Source: the human T2T-CHM13v2.0 reference genome, Homo sapiens. From it: a stretch of DNA of 64,000 bases. Shown here one piece after another: positions 16,056 through 29,587 of this stretch (position 1 is the first letter of the stretch; each line of letters starts with the position of its first letter). A model generated the notes under the pieces. The model had not been told where the DNA came from. It worked only from the letters and a program-made list of their open reading frames with translations, and did no database searches. The stretch lies in assembly GCF_009914755.1 (NCBI RefSeq), contig NC_060945.1; one strand, 5' to 3'. Both the position numbers and the translations under genes were made by a program.

Positions 16056-16139
16056 TTAGAAAATTCTGACTTTAGGAATATTATCCCTTGTCTCTAGCTA
16101 CTGCTAAGAGGAAAAAGCAACTTTTAAATCCAGGTATTA

Positions 16140-16140
16140 C

Positions 16141-16183
<43 letters not shown>
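16140..16183. repeat. (TTTA)n microsatellite
   Basis: About 10-11 units, read directly. Confidence 0.95.
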
Positions 16184-16799
16184 GATCTCATGTCCACTTT
16201 AGCATACCACTGTTTCTCACCTTTGCCTTTTCACCAAGGTTTTGTTCTTAAGGCCTCAAAATTGTTCTTAAAATTATCCTTTCAATGTCCTCAGCCTAAC
16301 AAGGATTTATAATGATGATCTTAAAATCAAAAGTTGGCTTTGAGTTTGTGGCTACTTTTTCTTTTAAATATGGCCATATTAGCTTTTCAAAGGAAATTTG
16401 GGAGACAGTTCATATTCAAACCATGTGCTTTGATATATTAATTTTGTTGAAAAAGTCTATTATAGGGAAATAATTTTGTTTTCATTATCAATCTTGGTGG
16501 CATAAATGCTCTTAAAGATTTTAGCTTAAGAACTTCATATTTTTTCAGGAAATATACTACAATTACTACTAAGTACGTGATGTGTCCTATTTTATTTAAT
16601 TATTTTAATCAGCTGCTTCATCATTTTTTGTTTGTTTGTTTGCTTCTGGAAAAACACTCCAAAATCGGTCCCTAATTCAAAGAAAAAGGACAAGATGGAA
16701 GCTTCACTGTTAGAATATTTTTCTATGTATCCTATTAATTGTGACATTTGCATTCACTCCGAGGACAATGAAACAATGGCATTTGTATAAGCCTGTTTT

Positions 16800-19390
16800 T
16801 AAATTTTGTTTATTACTTTTTATTTGGAAATCTCAAATACAAAATTTGAAAGAGTGGTATAAAGCACTCACATATTTTTTACTCCGTTTCACCTATTAGC
16901 GTTCTATCTCTTTTGCCATTTGTTCTTTTTCTCTATCTGTGCACATATTACTGTTTTTCTGAATCATTCAAGAGTAAGTTGCACACATTGTAGCTCTTTC
17001 CCCCTAAATATTTCAGTATGTGTGTTAATCTGTTGGAAACTTCCAACCTATATTTGCTAATTTTTCCTTTCCTACCAATATGCAATCTACAGGGAGACAT
17101 TAAGCCGTGCAAATATCCTGCTCTTCAGCAAATTTTCCTCCTTTAGGTTTAACACACATTAGTAATTTTTGCTTGAAGCAATCTTTACTGTTATGGATGC
17201 AAATTATCATGTTTTGAACTCCAGCTTTCCCTCTGTCTATTCACCAGTTGTTGCTCGTCATTCAAAATAAGAATGCCTCTCCCTCATTGATTGATTGATT
17301 GTGAGTATGGACTTAAGAATTCCTACTTTTTCAAGAGTTTATAATTCATTAATCTTAAAATGTCCCATTTTGGGCCAGTGGAGCATCTTCAAGCTAGCTA
17401 TTGTGTCCTTGTGACACAACCCCACAAGTGTTTTGGGAATTTCTTAACTTTTTGACATAAAAGATATCCCAGGTTCATTTTGAATCTTCTCTGCTCCAGC
17501 CCTGAAATCAGTCATTTCTCTGAGGAGTTCTGGGTCCTTTTAGTGGATAATGGTCTTAGAGATCAAAGTACCCTAGAACTTAAAGTATAATAATAATAAA
17601 AAAAAAGAATGGGGAAAAGAAAGAAATCAAAGTGCATGTTACTGCTGGAGTGCCTTTGTATCTTGTCTCTTTCAGTATAAGAGCTAGGAAATATATGCAT
17701 GTTTTACACACACACACACACACGGGCACTCAGATATATATATGTATATATGTAGCTGTGTATATATATATATAATGTGTATATATATATATCATCACCA
17801 TAGGGCTGTTCCTTGACTTCTCTCACTCCATATTTGTAACTCTTTTTACACTTGCTATTTCTTCACTCACTCCTGTAATACATCTAAAACAGTTTCAGAA
17901 TTGAATTGCTCTGTCCATACCACAACATAAAATAACAATACAAAAAAAAAACACTAAAAAGAATTTAGATTGTGCTTTCAATTAATTCTCCCCCCAACTC
18001 CACCCAAGACTGAGGGCGTATAGTCAGTTACTGTGTTCATCACTTACTTGAGTTAGTGCTCCCCTACCCCTGCCAACTTTAATTCACTTGAAATGCATTT
18101 GGGTTCATTTATTTCCATTTGCTTTCGGTTTTACTTAGGTTGCTGCTATTGGTGCTGCTATTGTTTGCTTTGTTTTCTCTCCCATCATTGTTGACTTGTT
18201 TTTTGAATATGTAGAACATTAGAGAGCTTCTAAAAGTAAAAAAAAAAAAATAAATACCAAAGGCTATATTCAGGGAAGTGTTAATCCTTCCCGTATGCCT
18301 CCATTCCAGTCTCCCTGTTCCTCTAACATAACCGGTGGTCATGATTTTCTAGTTTCTCTCTAATGTGTTTCTTTTTTAATAAAGATAAGCAGATTTTTTA
18401 GTAGCTTGTTGTGGTGATATATGCAAAGCAATTCTGAAATTATTTTAGATGTATTATAGGATTGTGGAATGGGTAACAGCAAGGAAGAACCTCGTGGTGA
18501 TGGATTGAAATTAGAGTTATTGGTACAGATTTCATTATTTCCCTTTCCTTCTTACACGGGAGATAGCATACTGTATATGTTCTTTTGCACTATTTTTGTT
18601 TTTTGTTTGTACTGAATGATATATCCAGGAGATCATTCCATATCAGTTCCTAGAGATTGTCCTCATTCATCTATTGTTGCTCCATAGTTTACACGAAATG
18701 TGTACCATTGTTTTCTCATATGTTTGAATATTTACTTATCGGTATTTGCAATAGCAAATAATGCTGCAATGAATAACCTTAATAACCTTGAAAATATGTA
18801 TTTTCTTGTTGTTGGAGCTATATCTCAGGGTAAATTTGCAGAAGTGGTAACGCATTTTGCTAAATATTGCCAAATCCTGCTCTAGAGGGACTGTGACATT
18901 TTGCATTCCCAGCAGTAATGTATTCCTTACAACTTTGCCTACATAATATATTGCTGAGCTTTTGGATTTTTTCTTTATTGCCAATTTGATGGAAGAGTTG
19001 ATTTTTCTTGCATTTCTCTTATGAGTGAAATTGAACATCACAGGACTGTTAGTTATAATCTTTTTGTGAGTTACTTATTCAAATCTTTGCCCATTTTTCT
19101 TTAGGATTTTGGTGTTTTTCCCTCAATTTTAAAAATTTCTTTGTATATTAGGGATGTTAGATTTTTTAAAGTGGTATATGTTGCAATTTCTTTCACTTAT
19201 GGTGTTCATGCCATACAAAGGATTTAATTTTAAAGAGGTCAAATGTAATAATTTTCTTTTTGTGGTGCCTGGGTTGTGAAGTTTTGGGCAGAAAGTCTTT
19301 TTCTACTCTCAGATTGTAGAGGAACTTACCCTCAATAATAATACTTTTGCAGTTTCATATTATACATTTCGATTTCTGTGTTGTTAGATA
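16800..19390 (-). mobile_element. Old L1M (MC/MD/ME-like) fragments with (CA)/(TA) tracts at 17706-17791
   Basis: Degenerate antisense L1 motifs (AAATAATGCTGCAATGAATAAC, TTGCATTCCCAGCAG); boundaries approximate. Confidence 0.6.
17570..17621 (+). mobile_element. Extremely 5'-truncated L1PA 3' tip
   Basis: ACCCTAGAACTTAAAGTATAAT plus A-tail; TSD AGA(G/A)ATCAAAGT at 17558-17569 and 17622-17633. Confidence 0.85.
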
Positions 19391-20594
19391 CATAACTCCG
19401 TAGGGTAGCAGGATATACATTAGCATGTAACAACAAATACCGTTTAAATAGATGAATTATAACTAGGTAAATGTATGTTTCTTTTGTTGGTGAGAGGTTC
19501 TATGTGGAGATTTGAAATCTGATGACTATCATTGTTTTCCAATTGAAGGTCTGATGCATTGATTTTAATACAACTGGAAATTCTTCTAGTGGATGATATC
19601 TTATTTCTGCTTGCAGTACAGAGAATGATATGGAAAAACTAATGGAATGCCTGTTTGCTTAAAACATGGAAATTTATTCTGTAGTAATAAACAAATATAA
19701 ATGTCATTCATATTATGACAATTTTGTCTTTTTGGAACATACAAATATTTCACCATACAAAGAGAAAAAAATGGGAAACATTCTTTGTTTAATTAAAGCA
19801 AGTCTCCCACTCTATATGTTTGTAAAATAACACTATGTTAATTTGAATTTTGCAAAAGGAAAAGTATCATCCATCTTACCACTATTTTTCTTTTCTTTTT
19901 TGACGGAGGTGGGTTACTTTCTTATTTAGACTTTATAGGCATACATAACTTCACGTAATTGAAGCTTACATAATGTTTGTATAATTTTATCTTCTTTTTA
20001 AAGTTAATATTGTATCCTAAGCATTTCCCATATCTGTGAAGCCTCCATAGTTGCTATTTTCCATAGCTGCTTAGTATTCCACCAGGTTGTTTTAGCTATT
20101 TTACTCAGCTCTCCCTTCACTGTTGGAATAGCCTTCTTACTTATCTCTCAATTTCCATTCTTGCTCATATCCAAATAGTTTTCCAGACATTACTTGTGTA
20201 ATCTCTTAAAAATGAAAATGTATTCCAATCCTCCACTGACAGAAACTTTTTCAGACATTCTCATTAGACTTTGAATAAAATTCAAACTTTTTACCAAAGC
20301 CTAAAGAGTCACACATGATTTGGTTCCCTTCTGCCTTTCTGAGTTCTTTTCCCCCTAAATCTGACCACGAGAGCCTTTCAGAAGTACTGATCGTTTCCTT
20401 GCCACATGCTGTTTTATTTCTCTGTAGCAATCCTCCCCACAAATCTTCACCTTTAGATTTCACCTTAATTATCACTTTTTGTCAGAGATCACTTCCTGGC
20501 TCACACTCTCTCATTCTCAATCAAAACATTATATTGGTTTAACGTGCCTTCTAGGTAATTCTGATGAGAATTTGAGAACCACTAGTCTAGAAAA

Positions 20595-21490
<896 letters not shown>

Positions 21491-22931
21491 AATCTAGGTA
21501 ATACTAAGATTATGCCATGAGGCTGCTCAAGTGAGGACTCCACATCTTAGGTACCAAAGATCATTATGGGAATGGCTATTGCTGCTCCCTCTTGGGCCTG
21601 GATGACTTTGCCATGCCAGTCCACACTTACAAAAAGTAGACTCTTTATGCTTTCATCTCCATGCCCTTTCATTTGCACTTAATATTGTAACAATGCATTG
21701 GATAGGAAGAGCCAAAATCATGCCTGGGCTCTAGTTGGAACTCTGAGATGTGGAGCTTCTGGAATCTTCACGGGGGTGGCAGTCCTCCTTACCTGGAAAA
21801 TTTGCAAGACACGGGAAAAAAAAACTCAAAAAGTGCTGGGTACTCAAAGACATATTTCCTATATCCACTGTATGTGCCTATTATTTTGTAAGCCTTCAAA
21901 GGCAGGGACCGGATCCATTCTGTTCATGGCTGTTTTATCGAGAGCTTTCAACATGGTTTGGCTTCTATGAGTGTGCAATGATTTTTGCTTTAATAAATGA
22001 ATGTATGATTTACACCAGGGAAAGCGAACTAATATAAAACATATGTTCGTTTCGGTGTCTGGGGAAACTTAGTTTCAATCTTACACTGTTGTGGAGAAGA
22101 CATATACTTATCTATTTGCTTTTAACCTCTGCTACTGCCAAGACTATTTTTCTGATATCTTCCAGGGATTTCTCTGGACGATAAATTAAAAATGAAACAT
22201 GAATCACAGCGGAGCTGAAAGGCAGGATGACCTTGAGTACATAGCAAAGGATGATTCAGCTGGTGATTTCACAAGATATGTCAATCAGGAAGCTTGCTTA
22301 CCCTCGCTCTTTAAAGGAAAATTGACTTGACTTCAGTCATACCGAAGGGAAACTTCAGGCAGATGTTTTGGTACCAAATGACCTTTTTCTGTTGTAGCCT
22401 TGTTGATTAGATTAGGAAAGGGCATCTGATCCCAGAGTAGTCAATCCTTAGACTAGCAAGCAGTTTACAGCATTACTTGGAATAAAACGATAAGCTTGGC
22501 CCATCAGATTAGAATAGTTGAGAATTAAAATTAGGAAACAACAAAATAATGAGGGAGGTGACAGTGGGAGCTGAAAATGCAGCGTGTGAGAGAGGGGAGG
22601 GCGTGCAGCTGTACCGAGCCATTTTTGGCCTAAATTAATGAGGGAGGAGCGGCGATGGGCAAACAGAAACAAGGAAGTAGAGAAAAATGTCAATTTAAAT
22701 GTATATATGTATCCATACACATGCGCACACATATGTGTATACACACACATAGCACTGAATGTTCCCTTTTCCTGGAGTTGTATTTCTAAATTTTCATATG
22801 GGAAACTTTTAATTACGTCCTCTACTTGTGTTTTTGGCTTTGAGTCAGATGTCTCCTTTTTAGTGAGTCTTCTCTAACTTCCTAGTCTAATCTTGCCTTC
22901 TCTGCCTCTTCCCCTCCAACCTTTATTTCTT

Positions 22932-23174
22932 TGGCTGGAGTGCAGTGGTGTGATCTCAGCTCACTGCAACCCCCGCCTCCCGGGTTCAAGCAATTCTCCT
23001 GCCTTAGCCTCCCCGAGTAGCTGGGACTACAGACGCCTGCAACCATGCGGAGCTAATTTTTGTACTTTTAGTAGAGGCGGGGTTTCACCATGTTGACCAG
23101 GCTGGTCTCGAACTCCCACACACCTTGGCCTCCCAAAGTGCTGGGATTATAGGCATCAGTCACTGCACCTGGCC
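22932..23174 (-). mobile_element. Truncated AluS with internal deletion
   Basis: Reverse Alu consensus lacking the tail end. Confidence 0.9.
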
Positions 23175-23769
23175 CCATCCTTCATTTCTAACACAATATA
23201 TTCTTATTGTCCATATAACACTTATCACTATCTGAGTTAACTTTTGTATTGATTGGTTTACGATTTACTGTCAATTGCTCCCACATGAATATAAACAGCA
23301 TGAAATTAGGAGAGTATATCTCACATACAGTACTCTATGTGCAGTGTCTCCAGTGGTACCTGATGTTCTTTCAGTGGGAAATATCTGTTAAAAGAATATG
23401 TAATAAATATAAATTTGCAGATGACATAGGAAACAAAATTGGTAGACTGAAAAAAAAAATACCAAGAGCTGCAAAGCCGGTGAGCCTGTAAACAGTTATG
23501 GAAATGGAAATGAAGATTGTGTGAGGATCACAGAATTCTACTACTGAGTTCCTTAGCACTACCTTGGCTCACTTCATTTTCCCCTTGTCCTGGGAGTATG
23601 ATATCTTTTTCCTGGGATTATGTAGTAATTCAGGGTCAAAAGTATTAGGCTATGTCTTGCCGCAAGGTTTTGCAAGTTATATTTTTGTTGATCAGATAAA
23701 ATAGAGACGTTTCTTGCGTTTGCCGCCGGCCCCCCTCCTCACTCTGGTAACGATACTCTCAAGTTCTAA

Positions 23770-23975
23770 ATCATTGGTTCTCAACCAGGGGCACTTTCTC
23801 CCCAGGACACGTTTGACTATGTCTGGGGATGTTTTGGTTATTACAACTTGGGCAGGGAAGAGGAGATAGGGACCAAGGATGCTGCTGAGTATTCTACAAT
23901 GCACAGCAAAGCTCCCCACAATAAAGAGTTTTGCAGTCCCAAACATCAATAGCGCTGAGGTTGAGAAACCCTGTT
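23770..23975. mobile_element. MER20 hAT-Charlie element
   Basis: GGTTCTCAACC...GCTGAGGTTGAGAAACCCTG inverted termini. Confidence 0.85.
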
Positions 23976-24136
23976 TTAAAGTGTCATGCTGTCTAAACTG
24001 ACTAAACTATCATTGCTCTTAAGCAGATGATATAGTATCAGATATAGGATTTCATATAGGATTTGCCCTCAAGTCCCAGGGTTTTCTGTAACTTATAATA
24101 GAAGAGTTGGGAGAAATCAAGTTAATCCTAGGGATG

Positions 24137-24863
24137 TGCTATGGGTTGAATGTTTGGGTCCCTTCTAAAATTCATGTTAAAACTGCATCCCAAGGGCAAC
24201 AGTATTAAGAGGTAGGGTCTTCAGAAGTTGATTAGGACATGAGGGCTCTGCTCTCAGGGTTGGGATTAGTGCCTTTTAAAAGAGCTGGGGCAGGCCAAGC
24301 ATGGTGGTTTACACCTGTAATCCCAGCACTTTGGGAGGCTAAGGCAGGATGATTGCTTGAGGCCAGGAATTCGAGGTCAACATGGGCAACATAGTGAGAC
24401 CTTGTCTCTGCAAAAAATAAAAAATTTTAAAAATAGCTGAGCTAAAAAATTAGTGATGGCACGCAGCTATAATCCTAACTACTTGAGAGGCTGAGAGGTG
24501 AGGATCACTTGAGACCAGGAGTTTGAGATTGCAGTGAGCCATGATCCTGCCACTGTACTCTAGTCTGGGTGACACAGTGAGACCCTGTCGAAAAAAAAAA
24601 AAAAAGAGAGGGAGCTAGCTAGGCTTATTTCCTCTTTCATTCCTTCCACCATGTGAAGACACAATGTTTGTCTTATCCAGGGGATGCAGCAATAAAATGC
24701 CATCTTAGAAGAAGGGACAGAGTGCCCTGGCCAGACAATAGAACCTCCTGGCAAATTGATGTCAGATTTCTCAGCCTTGAGAACTGCGAAAAATAAATGT
24801 CTTCTCTTTATAAATTACATAGTCTTAGGTATTTTGTTATCACAGCATGAATGATCTAAGACA
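24137..24863 (+). mobile_element. MLT1A/MST-like MaLR solo LTR interrupted by an AluJ
   Basis: TGCTATGG...CTAAGACA termini; TSD GGATG/GGATA. Confidence 0.85.
24293..24604 (+). mobile_element. AluJ
   Basis: J-type GATTGCTTGAGGCCAGG and GTGAGACCCTGTC; A-tail. Confidence 0.9.
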
Positions 24864-25559
24864 GGATACTTCCTATTAAGTGGGCTGATTGACCATATAC
24901 ATATATCTACTCTCCCGAACTTCACTGAAGAAGAATGAAGAATTAAAAATGTATCAGTTCATAAGGTCAAAGAAATAGGAGAGAAAAAGAAAACTATTGA
25001 CAAGAGATTGCTGTGAATTTTGGAAGCTAGAAAGTCGGTCAAGGTATAGTACCTGACCTAGAGAAAAAAATGGACAATTTAACCTGAGTACTTGTGAAAG
25101 GTATTCCAATTGCAATGCTCAGAGCTTGAAGGTACCAGGTAAAATGGAAGGCAGCAATAAGAATTGGGGCTGAGAAGAGAAGGACTGATTTAAAATGGGT
25201 ATATAAAAGTGGGTAGATTCCAGATCTCCTCTGCCATGAAATGCCACTTGCATCGCTTCCCTTTTCAGCTCCCTCCCTCTCCACTCCTAATTCTCCCTGA
25301 CCACCACAAGTACCTCATGTTCAGACTCTGGATAATTTGAACAAGAGACTTTCTGGAATCAGTGACTGGAAGCATGACTGCACTAATGTAAGCAGGGGGT
25401 GTTGTGGTATGAGATGGTGGTATCGCACTAAAGCCTTGTTAGTCCTGGTAGACCATGATGAGAAGCTCAAAATTCATTCCAAATATGGCAGGAAGATACT
25501 GAGAGTTTCAAGAAGAATTTCATGATCGTAAATAATGAATGGTGTAGCATTATTGCATT

Positions 25560-25852
25560 GGTGCCGTCGTTGCCACAGTCAGTGAATTCTCGTAAGATCT
25601 GGTTGCTTAAAAGTGTGTGGCACCTCCCCGCAACCTCCACTCTCTCTATTGCTCCCATCCTCACCAGGACCCTGGATTCCCCTTTACCTTCGGCCATAAG
25701 TAAAAGCTCCCTGAGGCCACCCCAGAAGCTGAGCAGATGTTGGTGCCATGTTTGTACAGCCTGCAAAACCGTGAGTCAACTAAACCTATTTTCTTTATAA
25801 CTTACCCAGTCTCAGGTATTCCTTTCTAGCAATGCACAAATGGTCTAACACA
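25560..25852 (+). mobile_element. MSTA-like LTR, partial
   Basis: AAGCTCCCTGAGGCC...TACCCAGTCTCAGGTATTCCTTT...CTAACACA. Confidence 0.8.
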
Positions 25853-26521
25853 CCTGGTATTGTCCTTGTGCTTATGTCTTTTACAATGACTCATACCATT
25901 GCTGCCTTACTAAGAGAAGAGATAGAAAGGACAGCAGACTTGTGAGGCGCTGCTTGTATTACTATCTTACTAAATGGGATTATAGACTTGTCTACTCATA
26001 GCTAACAAACAGTAGAGCCAGAATGTTAAGCAAGATCGGAGGACTTCAAAACTTACTCTCTTTCCACTGCAACCCATCGTGCCAATTCTGAGATATGGCA
26101 GCCTTTACAAATGAACGTTCCAGATGTGCGATATTCTGCTTTAGTGGATGAATAGCCTCTCATTCATAACATTTGATACAATCGATGTTTCGTATCATAG
26201 GACTAATGATCAACCTACCTTCAATACAAGATGTTCAAGCTGATAAGGAAGAACTCACCTCTTATCTACTGATATTAATGCCTCTGCTCCATAGTTGTCA
26301 AGTAAACATATAAATCTTCTCTTATATATTTCATCTTGATTATGAACAAGATATTATGTAACTTAATGTGTATTTGCCATTTTCTATTTATCTGTGATCA
26401 CACATTTTATATTTCTGTACCCTAAAGTGAGAAGTAAGCAGGGATGCAATACTTCTCTCTTATAAAGTAAATTCAAACCTACAGATGTAAGGTGGCTTGT
26501 TTACTAACCACTTAGAAGTTA

Positions 26522-26845
<324 letters not shown>

Positions 26846-29204
26846 TTAATGTATTATCCTGCCTATTTCCCACATCTTACTAGAGATTTCAATTTTAGTG
26901 TAGAATCTTCTCCCAGGTTTCTACTCCCAAGCCAAGATCAGCTTTTCTTCTGATCCAAGGTTGGTCCATACACTTGTGTTTTGACTTCTACCTCCTTCTA
27001 TCTCTTAATTATTATCCCCTTAAGATATTTTTCCCTATAGGTATCTCTTATTCCATATTTTAGACTTTTTTTTCTTCTTTGGCTCTTTTCTTCAGTATGT
27101 AAACATGATTGCAGATGTTATAAACTGAGAAGCTATGTAGCATCTTTGGTAATTTTAACTGTTGTGCGTAAGTTTTTGGCAAAGCTATATCTCCACAGAT
27201 TTTGTTGCTTCTTTGAGAGATATGTTTCTGTTTTATGGATATACTTTTAATGTAGTCTGCTTGTATACTGTAATTTATTCTTTGAGATTGCATGTATTCT
27301 TGCTTGAGCAGCTGTTTTCTGGAATGAGGATCTCAAATGAAGAGGGCTTTAATAAAGAGATATAGGCACAGTTTTAAATTGATACTGAAAAGAACTCATA
27401 AAAGGAAGGACATTTTTATGTGTGTATGAACATTTTAGGGAATTCTTGATTTCTTACCAGTGGCATTGTCTAAGACGAAATGACCTAGATGCTGGGAAAT
27501 GACTTTGTTGAGAACTGTTGTGTTCAGATACGTTTGTCCTGGTGGGGCCAGAGGAAGAGCCACATCTCTGTGAAGGTGAGGTCTGTCCTTAAGGGAGAAG
27601 ATATTTCTTCAGCTAATCAACTAGGAAAAATGAACATCCTGTAACAAGAAGTCAAATCTTATGGTATAGTGAAAGGAAGACATTTTTCCCCATTTAAGGT
27701 CTTGGGGCAGTGAAGATTAAACTCAAGGGTATGATATAGTCAGGGCACTCTGTAGAGGTATGAGCTGGCACTCTGTAGAGGTATGACCTGGTAGTGTCAT
27801 GTTTCTTACTGAAGATAGGCTAGTCTTTACATATATGATATGAGACATGGATTTTATGATCAAGAGGCTATAAGTCCGTGTATCCCATATGGCTAGAAAG
27901 ATTGTATGACCCTGAGAATGGGCCTGAACCTGGGGACTGTGAGATCATCTATATACAGCAGAAGTTGATAGTTAATCTCTGTGTTGTAATTTCATTGAAT
28001 CTCCAGTAAGGCCTAAAATATTCAGTCTTTTCTTGGCTCTATGACTGAAAATATAGGCAGATGTGCCTAGGATGATGATAGCAGTGATGGGCACCAGTCC
28101 AGGTAGGCTGGGCCTGGCAGAGTGTAAATCTTATGCCAGAGCATCAGTGACCAACTCCATGAGCAGGCCAGCACATGTGAAAAAGGCTCCTGGGAAACTT
28201 AGAGATATAATTGGAAGATTATTAAATGGACTCAGAGTCATGGCATTCACAGGCACGTTACCTTTTAGATTAGAGAACACAACAGTATCTTCAATAGTCC
28301 TTCATTTCCCCTCCTGCCTCACAATAAAAAATACCTCTTGCCTCTAACCCTGAAAATATGCAGTGAAAAAATAATTATTGTACTCTTTGTAACCTCTGAG
28401 GGATAATGAAATTGCCAGAGGAATGGCAGGGAAAGAGTGATCAATTAAAAAATAAACCCAGGAATTATAAGTGGTAAGTTGGATGTTGATTTTTGACCAC
28501 ATTTGAGAAAGCAATTTTTACGTAAGTTTTGGTTAGAATGAAAGTGGAAAAATTAGTGAGTCAGGTTACAATAATGGGAAACAGTAGAGTAGACATCAGA
28601 AAGTTAGGATTATAGTCCTGATTAATGCTTACTAGCAGTGGATTCTTATATTATTTTACCATTCTGAGTTTTTATTTCTTTGATAGTGCAAGGAGAACAC
28701 TTCTATCTTCTCTGCTGGTATCATAGTAAGAATAACTAAATGATATATGCAAAAGATATACACACCTATGTTATTATTTCTACCAGTCAATGGCCTCTTA
28801 CATCCCTTTAAATCATGATTCCCTGACTCTGTGAAAGCTAGACATATATAGAAATATTTAAAACTATTAATAGTAATATTTGTGCCATTTTCCATATTAT
28901 ATTGAGACACTAGAATACAAATATTTTCAATTGTACATTTGGTTTTTATAATCCAGAGTTAAAACTTTATGCAATCAATATTATTATCCTGGGGAATTTA
29001 GACAAAATAATAATAAGCATTGTCATCTATAGAAAGAAGCATTTTCAGTTCATCAATTGCTGCAGATCCATATTCCTTTATTGGATTTTCTTAGCCACAC
29101 TATAATAAAGTGTATATGGAATCATCTGTCTGCCAAAAGGTAAAATTTCAGAGCAAAGAATTTTTGTTTGGAAGGTAGTAGCAAGTATATGAAAATAGCC
29201 ATCT

Positions 29205-29587
29205 GTATTAGCCTGCTAGGGCTGCTGTAACAAATGCCATAGACTGGGTAGCTTAAATAACACAAATGTGTTTACTTTCACAGTTCTGGATGCTGGAAGT
29301 CCACGATTTAGATGTTGGCAGGGTTGGGCTCTCCTGAGGCCTCTCTCCTTGGCTTTCAGATGACTGCCCTCTCACTGTGTCCTCTCGTGGCCTTTCCACC
29401 GTGTGCACATCTCCAGCATCTTTTTCTCTTCTTAGAAGGACACAAGTCATATTGATTTAAGATCCCATGCTATGACCTGATTTAATTTTAACTGCTCTTT
29501 AAAGGCCCTATCTCCAAATACAATCACATTGAGGGTTTAGGCCTTCAACACATAAATTTTGGAGGGGACACCATTTGGTCCACAACG
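29205..29587 (-). mobile_element. MLT1B/C-like MaLR LTR
   Basis: TGTATTAG...GGGCTGCTGTAACAAA... reverse MLT1 pattern. Confidence 0.8.

Noticed and set aside
18390-18532. Apparent inserted fragment flanked by CAGATTT
   Set aside because: A 7-bp repeat in AT-rich old L1 is too weak to call a TSD.
27520-27582. Possible plus-strand exon with donor AAG|GTGAGG
   Set aside because: Weak acceptor, no partner exons, chance-level signal.
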